Below are positions 16,059-24,856 of a DNA stretch of 41,630 bases, one piece after another. The position numbers were made by a program, and so were the translations under genes. The stretch is from positions 1 through 41,630 of IMG/VR virus record IMGVR_UViG_3300015265_000006. One strand, given 5' to 3'. The DNA is from a virus. Under the pieces are notes generated by a model, which saw nothing but the letters and a program-made list of their open reading frames with translations, was not told where the DNA came from and did no database searches. Position 1 is the stretch's first letter, and each line of letters opens with the position of its first letter.

Positions 16059-17265
16059 ACTCGATTCTCCCGTCTGAATACTGGATTACCTTGCGGCCAG
16101 TGGCGTCCTTACCGGTGCGTACAATCGTGGCTTTGCCGGCCGGCTGAGCGGCCTGCTGCGGCTGAGATGGCGCACCACCACCGACATAGCGCTTGTTCAT
16201 CTCCTCTACAGCATCAAGAGCAGCCATTCTCTCAGCAATAGGAAGGGTTGAGTCTCCAACGCGCCCTGCCATCATCTCGTAATTTCTTCTATCCGCATCC
16301 GATTGCGGCCCTTCCATTCTCGGCATAAGCATCATCATGTTTCCGCCGAGCGCGCTCAGTTTGGCGGCCGCTTGGGCTTCTGGAGTAGTGCGGCCAAAGA
16401 ACCGATTTACCTCATCGCGCTTCGTTCCAAGACCGCTCGCGGTAGCCCCAGGAAGAATCTGGCGAGCCTGATTGATGAGGTCTCCAAGCTTTCCAGCGTT
16501 GTTCTGATTCTTTACGGTCGCCTCTGCCAATGGCCCTGATTGAACGGTGCCCCCGCCCTGAATCTGCGCTGGACGGGCCTCCCCTGTCCCCTTGTCGACA
16601 AGATAACTTTGGCCGTCAGCACCCTGCACGATCTGAACACGCGCCGCCTCTTTGTTGATGTTGTTCGCGTCGTTCATGATGTTGTTCTGCTGACGCTGAT
16701 TGGCGATGCTTGCCCAGCCGCGTGAGTTAGCTGCCTGCTCGCCCGGAGACATGCTCATAGTGAAGCTCTCGCCAGCTTTTGGGATGGCGAACTGCTTGGC
16801 GCCGCCAGTATCGACCAGCTGCGGCGCGACGTAGGAATCAATGGCATTGCCTACCGGACGCCCATACTCGTCGTACTGCATGGTCTGCTTGCCGCCGTCA
16901 GCGCTAGGAATGTCGACGGTGCGGGCTACCTTGGCCATAGAGGCCATGGGCAACTGCGAGAGAGTCATCATGTCCTTGGCAGGCAAGCCAAGCGCGGCAC
17001 CGCGTTTAAAGTCGAATTTAGTGTTGCCGGCCTCGTCCGTGGAATACAGGCTCGGAAGCTGCTCCATTTGTTGCTGCTTCATCTGAAAAGCTTGATTCTT
17101 CAAGGCGTTAGACCCGGCAGCGGAGTACCCAGCAAGCCCCGATAACCCTGCAGCGCCAAGCGTATTCATCGGGCCACCACGACCAGCCGTAGCAAGGCCG
17201 CCAAACGCAGCGGCCAAGAGGCCCTGCCCTGCCGGAGACTTTACGAAATCAAGAAGTCCGTCCAT
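16048..17265 (-). CDS. Putative internal virion protein
   Basis: MDGLLDFVKSPAGQGLLAAAFGGLATAGRG...; ORF open to 17343, ATG at 17265 more plausible. Confidence 0.6.
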   Translation of the reverse strand: MDGLLDFVKSPAGQGLLAAAFGGLATAGRGGPMNTLGAAGLSGLAGYSAAGSNALKNQAFQMKQQQMEQLPSLYSTDEAGNTKFDFKRGAALGLPAKDMMTLSQLPMASMAKVARTVDIPSADGGKQTMQYDEYGRPVGNAIDSYVAPQLVDTGGAKQFAIPKAGESFTMSMSPGEQAANSRGWASIANQRQQNNIMNDANNINKEAARVQIVQGADGQSYLVDKGTGEARPAQIQGGGTVQSGPLAEATVKNQNNAGKLGDLINQARQILPGATASGLGTKRDEVNRFFGRTTPEAQAAAKLSALGGNMMMLMPRMEGPQSDADRRNYEMMAGRVGDSTLPIAERMAALDAVEEMNKRYVGGGAPSQPQQAAQPAGKATIVRTGKDATGRKVIQYSDGRIEYGN

Positions 17266-17266
17266 A

Positions 17267-17833
17267 TCAACCCCACAGAGTTCGGTGCTGGGCCTGCATC
17301 TGTTGCCTACGAGCCAACAGAGGATCTTGGGAGCCTTGCGCAAGCTGCGCCAAGGTTTGCGAACCGCTTGCGCTCAAGGGTTGCATTTGAGGCGCCTGTT
17401 GCTGACCTTGGCCACCGCCTAAAAGGCTTGCCGCCGTCATGCCGGTTGATGCTGCGTCCATGAATGGTTTGGCAGAACTGGCAAACTGCCCTGCCTGCTG
17501 GCCGAGCGTACCAAGCAGTCCAGCAGATGGAGCCGCGGAAGCTCCGCCGGCAATCGTGGCAGATCCCGCAGTGCCAGAAGCCAACGACTGGCCAAGGCCA
17601 AATCCGACGCCACTACCAGCGCCTCCAGCGCCCGCTGCTCCTGCTCCTGCGGCACCTGCACCAGCCGCTCCAGCGCCTCCGGCAGCAGCTCCACCAGCCA
17701 AAGCAGCGCCGCCCAGCAGGCCGCCACCAGCACCCATCGCACCGCCCATCATCGCCCCTTTCAAAGGCTTGTCCTTGTTCGACATCGCGCCAGCAATAGC
17801 GCCAATTGCGATTGGAATCAGTAATGGGAGCAT
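17267..17833 (-). CDS. Gly/Ala-rich membrane-active internal virion protein
   Basis: MLPLLIPIAIGAIAGAMSNKDKPLKGAMMGGAMGAGGGLLGG...GAAGAG repeats. Confidence 0.6.
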   Translation of the reverse strand: MLPLLIPIAIGAIAGAMSNKDKPLKGAMMGGAMGAGGGLLGGAALAGGAAAGGAGAAGAGAAGAGAAGAGGAGSGVGFGLGQSLASGTAGSATIAGGASAAPSAGLLGTLGQQAGQFASSAKPFMDAASTGMTAASLLGGGQGQQQAPQMQPLSASGSQTLAQLAQGSQDPLLARRQQMQAQHRTLWG

Positions 17834-18711
17834 TATTTGCCGCCTCCTGAAGACTTCGTAGACGATGATTGGCCAAGGCCAGAATCAAAAACGCCGGACA
17901 TGGCGGCAAGTTGCTTGTATGGGAGGTTTTGCTGATCCAGATAGCTCTGGTAGTTCGTATCAAGCTTCTGCTGTTCGTTGTCTTGCCATTGAGTGCCGAG
18001 TTTCAGGAACTGCCCAGCATCCGTATAGGCCTGGTTGCCGTAGGTTGGAGCAAGGTTCATGTACTGTGATTTCAGGTTGTCGTTCCGGCTCGCATAGTTT
18101 TCTGCGAGCTGTTGCTGCGCCGTGTAGTCCTGCATGCGCATGCCGGCCGCAGTGTTGCCAAGGTTCTTGGCCAGGTCATTCATGGCGTTCTGGGTCGTCG
18201 CTTGAGCGCCCGTGTTCCCGAACGAGCCAGAGCTGACCATCTGGCCCGTGAGGCCTGGAGCTACGGCGTTGTTGTAGTTGCGCGTAATATCGCCGAGCGC
18301 GGCGTCGATATTCTGTTGCAAGTACGGATTGGCGCCTGCGTACCCGTTTTTTGTAGCCGCATTACCGGTTTCCAAGCCATTTTGCATCGTGCTTTTAGCC
18401 TGATTCATCAGCGAATCGCCACTGAATGCCCGGTTGGCAATCATGTTCGCGCCTTGATCTTGGGCCCAGTTCATGTCGGCAACCTGCTGGCCGCCATAGG
18501 GCTGATACCCCTGATTGGACAAATCCATGGCCTTGTTGGCGTACGCGGACGCCAGTGGCTTCAACTCGGTAGGAATGGTCTGGGTCGTCGTGCTAGATCC
18601 ACCACCGCCCTTGCGAGGCTTCAGACGCCCACCCATATGATCGGGTAGCGAGCCAATGGCAGGGCCGCCGAACTCAGCGCTAAGCTGATCATTCAAGGCA
18701 TCGATATTCAC
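17833..18711 (-). CDS. Virion-associated hypothetical protein
   Basis: 292 aa, NPYLQQNIDAALGDITRNYNNAVAPGLTGQMVSSGSFGNTGAQ..., ATGA-coupled to neighbour. Confidence 0.6.
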   Translation of the reverse strand: MNIDALNDQLSAEFGGPAIGSLPDHMGGRLKPRKGGGGSSTTTQTIPTELKPLASAYANKAMDLSNQGYQPYGGQQVADMNWAQDQGANMIANRAFSGDSLMNQAKSTMQNGLETGNAATKNGYAGANPYLQQNIDAALGDITRNYNNAVAPGLTGQMVSSGSFGNTGAQATTQNAMNDLAKNLGNTAAGMRMQDYTAQQQLAENYASRNDNLKSQYMNLAPTYGNQAYTDAGQFLKLGTQWQDNEQQKLDTNYQSYLDQQNLPYKQLAAMSGVFDSGLGQSSSTKSSGGGK

Positions 18712-19118
18712 AGTTCAACCTCCAAGACTTGGTAGACGGGTGCAAATCCGCACCGCTGGCGATAGAGGCGCTCTTGCGCAGGCTTTGCCGCGCAGCGAAG
18801 TCTCAGGCAGCCGAATGCATGCGCCATGGCTTTTATTTCGTCGAAGAACTCTTCGAAGTGACCGTGCGGGGCATACATCTCGTAGACGTACAACACGCGG
18901 AAATTAGGGAGCTGCTCTACGCCAACGACGCCCCATCCGGAGATGACGTCGTCTCGATCTAGTCGAACCAGCGTGCGCTCGCCGCGACTGAGCATCATCT
19001 TCAATTGATCGCCTGTGATCTCGCCGCCGGATGTCGCGCAGGCCAGCCCGAGCTTGTCGGCGCCTTCCTTCCAGGCCACATCGATGTGCGTTGTGGGTAC
19101 CACAATGACTTTATTCAT
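18708..19118 (-). CDS. Hypothetical protein, possibly GNAT-like fold
   Basis: MNKVIVVPTTHIDVAWKEG...RTLVRLDRDD...LRLRCAAKPAQERLYRQRCGFAPVYQVLEVEL. Confidence 0.55.
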   Translation of the reverse strand: MNKVIVVPTTHIDVAWKEGADKLGLACATSGGEITGDQLKMMLSRGERTLVRLDRDDVISGWGVVGVEQLPNFRVLYVYEMYAPHGHFEEFFDEIKAMAHAFGCLRLRCAAKPAQERLYRQRCGFAPVYQVLEVEL

Positions 19119-19411
19119 CAGTTCCCCGTCAGGAAGCGTTTTTGCACCCAGGTTCCAGGCGTTCCGGAGGCAACACAGACCCACCCCTCGATCACGTACT
19201 TGGAGCCGGCAGTGCCAAGCTCTGTAGGCGTGGAATTTTTCACCGAGTCGCCTTGCATGTTCGTGCCACTCGTTGGTACTGATGTGAGCGCGGTATATGA
19301 ACCAGCAATCCGCCCTTCTGAAATCAGGTTGATCTGTACCGCGTGCTCGCGCAGCTCTCGCTGCAATACCGGGTCATTTGTTCCAACCCTTGGCGTGGTA
19401 TTGGCTTTCAC
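19118..19411 (-). CDS. Hypothetical structural-region protein (GTG start)
   Basis: VKANTTPRVGTNDPVLQRELREHAVQINLISEGRI; gggaga RBS before GTG. Confidence 0.6.
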   Translation of the reverse strand: MKANTTPRVGTNDPVLQRELREHAVQINLISEGRIAGSYTALTSVPTSGTNMQGDSVKNSTPTELGTAGSKYVIEGWVCVASGTPGTWVQKRFLTGN

Positions 19412-19413
19412 GG

Positions 19414-20859
19414 TCAACGTCTCCCGGAGGCGGATAAGCTGGCGTCCATGTGGGTGATTCGGACAGGCCCGACGAAGCTGAACGTCGCCTTGTGCCACCG
19501 CGCGGTCTGACGCAAGTCAAACTTTCCATCGAGTACTGAGCCAGTGGCACCAGCGGTGAAACCGACACCGGAATTCATCTGAATGAAGGTCTGCACGGAA
19601 GAAGACGTAGGAGCCAATGCATAGCGCAGGCGGATTTTGTTCAGCGAGGAAACGCCATCGTCATCACCCACCTCTCCGGTGGTCATGGAGCTGGACAGCG
19701 AGGCGCCCGTCATCGACTGAAGCTGGTGCGACGTGTTGAAGATCGACATCGACTTGCCACCGGTTAGCCAGAACTGCGAGTCAAATGAATATGAGGCCAG
19801 ACCATCTATGGTCGCGGAAATAGACGGCAACCCGTCGATTGTCACGCCATTGGAGATGTAGTTGAGCGCAGCCTCAATGCTGCGGTTGGCTACCCCCCAC
19901 TTCTTGGCCGTGACGTGGTAGACCAAGGCCGAATCGGGAGTGGTAGAACTCAGCGACGGGTAAAACACCCAAACCAGATTCTTCTGCCGATCAAAGACGC
20001 AAATGGTCTTGTACCGATAAGACGGGTTGGAGCGATCGAAGAAGAACTGACGAACAAACCCATCCGCCACCGGAACCGGGCGCGTGCCGTCAAAAATCCA
20101 TAGATTGTCATCACCAACGAAGAAGTGGGCGCCGCCGATATCGCAGATCGCCTCTTTGCCAATGCAGCCCGCCTCACCGCCTGGAACCTGAATCCAGTTC
20201 CATACAGTGGGCGCGCCGACATATTGGCCAAGGTAGATTGACTTCGTTTTGTAGGCGATGGCGTACTCGCCAAGCCGCATGCCTGCCGTGAGCTTTCCAG
20301 AAGTCGCAACAAGGCGCCCTGACGTAGCCTGAGTGGCGAGACTTGGCGTCCAAGACGTGTCATCGAACGCGGCGCAGCAATGCCAGCCATCCGGCTTTTC
20401 AGACCCGTCATTGGTGTTCAATGCCATGACGAACGCGCCAACACTAAACAGAATCTCTGCTTTCGGCGCAGTGGCCACATCAGCAAAAGCCGCGCCGGTT
20501 GAGCGCTGAATCACATCAGCCCGGTTCGCGCACAGAGTCGCGTCGCCGAACTGAGTGATAGACCACCGGGTATCAACGCCGCCGTTGTAGGCTGCAGCCC
20601 GGCCGATATCTACCCAGGAACCCGCCGACAGCTCGTAAAGCTTTGTGGTGGTTCCAGCGATGATGCGGCGCGTATCGTCCAGCTTTGTGACGACGGCAGC
20701 ACCAATACAGGCAGCGGCAAGCGCAGGCGTAGCAGCAGGCGTCACAGGATCTGGCGCACCCTCCATGCCATTCAGGTACGGGATCAGGTTGACGCAATCA
20801 GTCAACAGGCCCGGCGTGGTCACGTCGGCATCTGGCGCGAAGCCTACGAGAGGGATCAT
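19414..20859 (-). CDS. Tail/stabilisation structural protein
   Basis: 481 aa, MIPLVGFAPDADVTTPGLLTDCVNLIPYLNGMEGAP...; beta-rich, beside head-tail adaptor. Confidence 0.7.
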   Translation of the reverse strand: MIPLVGFAPDADVTTPGLLTDCVNLIPYLNGMEGAPDPVTPAATPALAAACIGAAVVTKLDDTRRIIAGTTTKLYELSAGSWVDIGRAAAYNGGVDTRWSITQFGDATLCANRADVIQRSTGAAFADVATAPKAEILFSVGAFVMALNTNDGSEKPDGWHCCAAFDDTSWTPSLATQATSGRLVATSGKLTAGMRLGEYAIAYKTKSIYLGQYVGAPTVWNWIQVPGGEAGCIGKEAICDIGGAHFFVGDDNLWIFDGTRPVPVADGFVRQFFFDRSNPSYRYKTICVFDRQKNLVWVFYPSLSSTTPDSALVYHVTAKKWGVANRSIEAALNYISNGVTIDGLPSISATIDGLASYSFDSQFWLTGGKSMSIFNTSHQLQSMTGASLSSSMTTGEVGDDDGVSSLNKIRLRYALAPTSSSVQTFIQMNSGVGFTAGATGSVLDGKFDLRQTARWHKATFSFVGPVRITHMDASLSASGRR

Positions 20860-21476
20860 CTGGCGCGAACCTTCATAGTCGAACCGCTGTACCAGTCAAC
20901 CCCGTTGATGCTTTCAATAGCCGCCGAATAAAGCTGGCCCCAGACCTGCAGGCGCTCATCGTTCATGATGAATGGAGTGGCGGCCAGCAAAGAGGCATAC
21001 AGGTAGGCATTAGGCCAACTGGTCAAAAGCCAGTTGGTGGTGTTCGCATCAGAAAGTGCCGGAATCCTCTGCTGATAGGTCAGCTCCAGCGAATACACCG
21101 CATCAGGGATTGGTGCCAGCTCAACATTCGAGCCTACGACCGTAAAGACAACGGGCTGCCCCGATCCGTTTGCTGCATAGTCGATACTCAGCTCGTCCGG
21201 AGAACGGTAGGACAGCGGCTGGTTGTAGGTGCCAGCAACTTGCAGGCGGCGCATCTCCAACATGTCAGACGGCAGCGCGACGGTCTTTGTACCGGCAACC
21301 GTTGAGAGCGTCACCTTGGCCTCCATGGCGCGAGTCTTGAGGTCAGTGCTGAGCTGCGCCTCGGCCAAAGTGATGAAGTCGGGGATATTGACCGTCAGGT
21401 CACTACGGTTCAGCCACGATGCTACCGACGCTTGTAGCTCCGAGTAGTTGGTGATGCTCATACTTTGCCCTTCCAT
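20856..21476 (-). CDS. Head-tail adaptor / tail accessory factor-like protein
   Basis: SITNYSELQASVASWLNRSDLTVNIPDFITLAEAQLSTDLKTRAME... Confidence 0.7.
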   Translation of the reverse strand: MEGQSMSITNYSELQASVASWLNRSDLTVNIPDFITLAEAQLSTDLKTRAMEAKVTLSTVAGTKTVALPSDMLEMRRLQVAGTYNQPLSYRSPDELSIDYAANGSGQPVVFTVVGSNVELAPIPDAVYSLELTYQQRIPALSDANTTNWLLTSWPNAYLYASLLAATPFIMNDERLQVWGQLYSAAIESINGVDWYSGSTMKVRAR

Positions 21477-21745
21477 ACCCGAAATGCAGACAGGTCAGGG
21501 TCGTTCAGCATCCGGCGCATATGCTCCTTGTTGCTGATGCACTCGTGAAAGGTGATCGAATTCTTGTTGCAATAGCCCTCGATAATCACGAACGGAATGC
21601 TGGCCGCGTGTTTCATTTCCGAGCTGCCATGATGACCACCGTTGTGCAGCGCCTTCATGCGCTCCGCAATGGCGGTGCAGTCCTGAGTGCGCTGAACGGT
21701 CATCTTGCCGTCATGGAAATGGAACTTCGTTTCGAGGTCGATCAT
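21458..21745 (-). CDS. Hypothetical protein
   Basis: 95 aa in structural operon. Confidence 0.6.
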   Translation of the reverse strand: MIDLETKFHFHDGKMTVQRTQDCTAIAERMKALHNGGHHGSSEMKHAASIPFVIIEGYCNKNSITFHECISNKEHMRRMLNDPDLSAFRVWKGKV

Positions 21746-22054
21746 TTACATGTTCTCCAGCGGAGAGACTTGCACCACGCCAGCAGCCGTCACTTGCAGC
21801 GCGGCAATCTTCGTCAGGTTGCACACGGCGATGATTACGGCGTCGCCCGGCTGAACCATCATGTCGGTATTGACCGCCGTTACCGTGCCGTTGCCGATGC
21901 GCACATACGCACCCGTGCTGGCCGTGATCCGGATGTAACGAGGCAGCTCGCCGCTCGACATGTTGGGGATGGTTGCGCTGGCAGATGTGCCAGTCGTAGG
22001 AATATTGACGCCTGTGGCCACAACCATGACCGCGCCTTCGAACGTATTGCTCAT
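21746..22054 (-). CDS. Hypothetical structural protein
   Basis: 102 aa in structural operon. Confidence 0.6.
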   Translation of the reverse strand: MSNTFEGAVMVVATGVNIPTTGTSASATIPNMSSGELPRYIRITASTGAYVRIGNGTVTAVNTDMMVQPGDAVIIAVCNLTKIAALQVTAAGVVQVSPLENM

Positions 22055-22096
22055 TGGAGCTTCCTCAAAGGGAGCCGCCCCCGAAGGGGCAGCGGA

Positions 22097-22519
22097 TTAG
22101 GCAGGGTTGAGGGTGATGGTGATGTTGCCAACTGCCGATGTGGCAGTACCGGTCAGGTCGAAGCAGATCGAGTCTCCAGCAGCGAGCAGGAGGTCACTCG
22201 GAGTGGTGGACAGGGTCAGCGCTTGCTGGGCGTTGGCGGTGCCGACGAGGTTGAAGCTGCCGGTGTGCAGAGCGGTTCCAGAAGTGATGGCGGTGCCGCT
22301 CGGCACTTTGCGCATCACGGCCGTACAGGCGCCGCCAGTGCCAGCCACATCAACGCGGCCGCGAACGGCCTTGACGACGTAAGGACGATCAGCAGTGAAC
22401 AGGGTGCAATCGACCGTGGACGCGGTGTAGATCAGGACAACCGGGACAAAACCGCCGTCGCCGCCTGCCGACCCTTCGATGCCCAGCGAGCTATCGCCAA
22501 GCTGTTTGATCTGAGGCAT
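22097..22519 (-). CDS. Putative head decoration/fibre protein
   Basis: 140 aa directly downstream of capsid. Confidence 0.5.
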   Translation of the reverse strand: MPQIKQLGDSSLGIEGSAGGDGGFVPVVLIYTASTVDCTLFTADRPYVVKAVRGRVDVAGTGGACTAVMRKVPSGTAITSGTALHTGSFNLVGTANAQQALTLSTTPSDLLLAAGDSICFDLTGTATSAVGNITITLNPA

Positions 22520-22579
22520 TTGGGTTTCTCCTAAAAGAAAAGGGGAGCCGAAGCTCCCCTTGGGTTGTTGCCGTCAGGA

Positions 22580-23503
22580 TCAGGCGACGTCGTAGACTGC
22601 GCCGCTGGCCTTCGGTGCGCGTGCGGTCACAGTCCATTCCACGACCAGCTCGCGCTGCATGGCGTCGCCGGTTTGAGCCAGCTCGATGGTCTGGAACGGA
22701 CGCAGGTAGTCGATAGACCATTTACCGGATTCCAGAACAAACACGTCGTTCGCGTCCTGGAAGCGGGAAGGAATGGCCTTCAGCTCACCGAAGTCCGATA
22801 CATACACGTCGACCGAGGCGTACAGCTTCGAGTCTTCGCTCTTGTCGAAACGAGTCGAGTTACCGGTGAAGGTCGAGAAGGTCTGCTTCGCGGCAGGAGG
22901 CAGCAGGATCGAATCCGGATCGCCACCAGCGGTGAAACACTTCTGCAGCACGTCCTTCAGGCGCGCTTCGGTGAAGGCAATCGCGGTGCCCTTGGTACGG
23001 CCGGTGTTGCCGGTGTACGAAGCCAGAGTGCCGCCGTTGCGGTTCACGTTGTCCACGACCCAGCCCACCAGCCCACGAGATTGACGCGGAGCAGTAGCGG
23101 TGACGTCGAGCTGGGTGGCCGAGCTTTCCATATCGCGGCGCAGTTCCAGCGCAGCCAGGCTCAACTGGTAGGCCAGCTCGTCTTTACGACCTGCCGGGTT
23201 CATCGCCTGTTGAGTGCCGGACACGATCACGGTTTTGGTCGAGATCTGGGTACGGTTGTTCAGGCGAACAGTCGGGGTAACGGTCTTGGCCGAAGCGTTG
23301 TCGCCTTCAACCTGGGCGTTGTTGGTCACGGCAGAGGCCAGATCCTGGGTTTGCCACTCGTGCAGGGTGTTGGTCGCCTTACCCTTGGCTGCCAGCGAGA
23401 TGAACGGTGTGGCAGTCGGGGAAATGCGGTAGATGGTGTCGGTCAGGTCTTCACGGTTGCCGATTGCGGCAGTGGTGAGGAAAGTATTGCTGGGTGCGGC
23501 CAT
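22580..23503 (-). CDS. Major capsid protein, DUF5309-like
   Basis: NREDLTDTIYRISPTATPFISLAAKGKATNTLHEWQTQDLA...LVGWVVDNVNR. Confidence 0.85.
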   Translation of the reverse strand: MAAPSNTFLTTAAIGNREDLTDTIYRISPTATPFISLAAKGKATNTLHEWQTQDLASAVTNNAQVEGDNASAKTVTPTVRLNNRTQISTKTVIVSGTQQAMNPAGRKDELAYQLSLAALELRRDMESSATQLDVTATAPRQSRGLVGWVVDNVNRNGGTLASYTGNTGRTKGTAIAFTEARLKDVLQKCFTAGGDPDSILLPPAAKQTFSTFTGNSTRFDKSEDSKLYASVDVYVSDFGELKAIPSRFQDANDVFVLESGKWSIDYLRPFQTIELAQTGDAMQRELVVEWTVTARAPKASGAVYDVA

Positions 23504-23518
23504 GATTGTGCTCCGAAA

Positions 23519-24466
23519 TTAAAGGAATTGAGCGAATACGGCGGCGGCAGATTCAACGGTGCCGTTCTTGGCATGGTTCTTCGCGGCGGTCGTGCGACCG
23601 TCTGCGTTTCCGTTGGAGGTGACGCCGGGCTTGACCACTCGCTGCGGGGCTTCTTGAACCTTCTTGGCTTGCACATTGGCTTTGGCCATCAGTTGGTCGT
23701 AAAGCATCGCTTTGCGGGCCACGAGAACGTGGCGGTGGTCGGCAATGGACGAAATGTCCTCAGCCTCGAAACCCTGCTCTTGCAGGAACTTCGAGATAGC
23801 GGCTTTTTCGGCTGCGGCCTTTGCATCGTCTTTCCAGTCCGGGAGCTTGGCGAGGAGGTCTTCCTGCTGCTTGGCCAGATAACTTTGGTGGGCTTGTGCC
23901 TGTTCGTTCTGGAACTGCTGCGCGAGTTTTTGTTGTTCCTGCATGTTTTGCTGATACAGCGCTTGTCTCTGTTGAAAGAGTTGCTGCTGCTTCAGGTACT
24001 CCATCGGATCGGACTCAAGCAGAGCTTGCCAGTCGATTTGACCCTGTTGTTCCAACACGCCTTCGAGCTGTACGGCCATGCGCTGGAGTTCGCCGGCATA
24101 TTGCTGGCGCTCCTGCTGTGCCGTCTGCATCACGGCGTCTGCTTCTTTGCGTTGTTGCGCGGCTTCCATCGTCTTCTTGGTGTAGTCAGACTGACGTTGG
24201 TAGCCATTCTTCAGCTCGTCGAGCGATACCTCGACCTCCTTGCCGTCGATCTTGACGGTGAAGGTCTGCGGCTCGTCCTCTTGCTCGCTGGATTCTTCTT
24301 CCTGCTCCTGCTCGGCCTCGACTTCAGGCTCGTCAGGCAGCTCTTTGTGTTCTTCGGAGCCGTGCTCCTGCTCTTCCGCAGCAGGCGGATCAAGCAACGC
24401 AGCGAACGCCGCCGCGCCGCCGTCAACGGTCAGTGCACCGCCGCCATCGCCGACGGATTCGTTCAT
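23519..24466 (-). CDS. Scaffolding protein
   Basis: Acidic N-terminus, TFTVKIDGKEVEVSLDELKNGYQRQSDYTKKT, Gln-rich coiled coil, upstream of capsid gene. Confidence 0.85.
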   Translation of the reverse strand: MNESVGDGGGALTVDGGAAAFAALLDPPAAEEQEHGSEEHKELPDEPEVEAEQEQEEESSEQEDEPQTFTVKIDGKEVEVSLDELKNGYQRQSDYTKKTMEAAQQRKEADAVMQTAQQERQQYAGELQRMAVQLEGVLEQQGQIDWQALLESDPMEYLKQQQLFQQRQALYQQNMQEQQKLAQQFQNEQAQAHQSYLAKQQEDLLAKLPDWKDDAKAAAEKAAISKFLQEQGFEAEDISSIADHRHVLVARKAMLYDQLMAKANVQAKKVQEAPQRVVKPGVTSNGNADGRTTAAKNHAKNGTVESAAAVFAQFL

Positions 24467-24565
24467 GAGTACGTGGCCCAGCATGCGGTTAATAAACAAG
24501 CTCATTGATTGTCCCCTATGGGATTCAGTTGCGAATGATTACGGACTGGCCCGTGAGGAACGCTT

Positions 24566-24856
24566 TCAAAGCCGCAAGCTCTCTTTTGCGCGCTCCATGA
24601 GCGTTTGCTGGTAGATCCGGTTCGACTCCGCCAGCTCGCCCGACTCCAGACTGGTCGTCAGCGCTGCCTTCAACCTGTCCAGAAGCTTGAGCGTCAGGAA
24701 GATCTTTTCCCTTCCCTCCACGTCCCTTGCCGGTGAGGTTTGCCATGCGTTGGTCAACTCCTGCTTGATGCCTTCAAAGGCCCAGTTGAACGCCTCGTTT
24801 TCGAGGCACTCCCGAGCGCGATTGCCGTCATAGATCTGTTCTTCAAGCGTCGCCAT
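24566..24856 (-). CDS. Hypothetical head-region protein
   Basis: MATLEEQIYDGNRARECLENEAFNWAFEGIKQELTNAWQTSPARDVEGREKIFLTLK. Confidence 0.7.
   Translation of the reverse strand: MATLEEQIYDGNRARECLENEAFNWAFEGIKQELTNAWQTSPARDVEGREKIFLTLKLLDRLKAALTTSLESGELAESNRIYQQTLMERAKESLRL

Noticed and set aside
17439-17861. Pro/Ala-rich + strand ORFs (17439..17861, 17464..17799)
   Set aside because: Complementary readings of the Gly/Ala repeat in 17267..17833.
21521-22534. 337 aa + strand ORF
   Set aside because: Antisense shadow of the head/decoration genes.
22565-24508. 647 aa + strand ORF
   Set aside because: Lies antisense to the capsid and scaffold genes; its composition looks like a mirror of GC-rich codons and no recognisable motifs are present.
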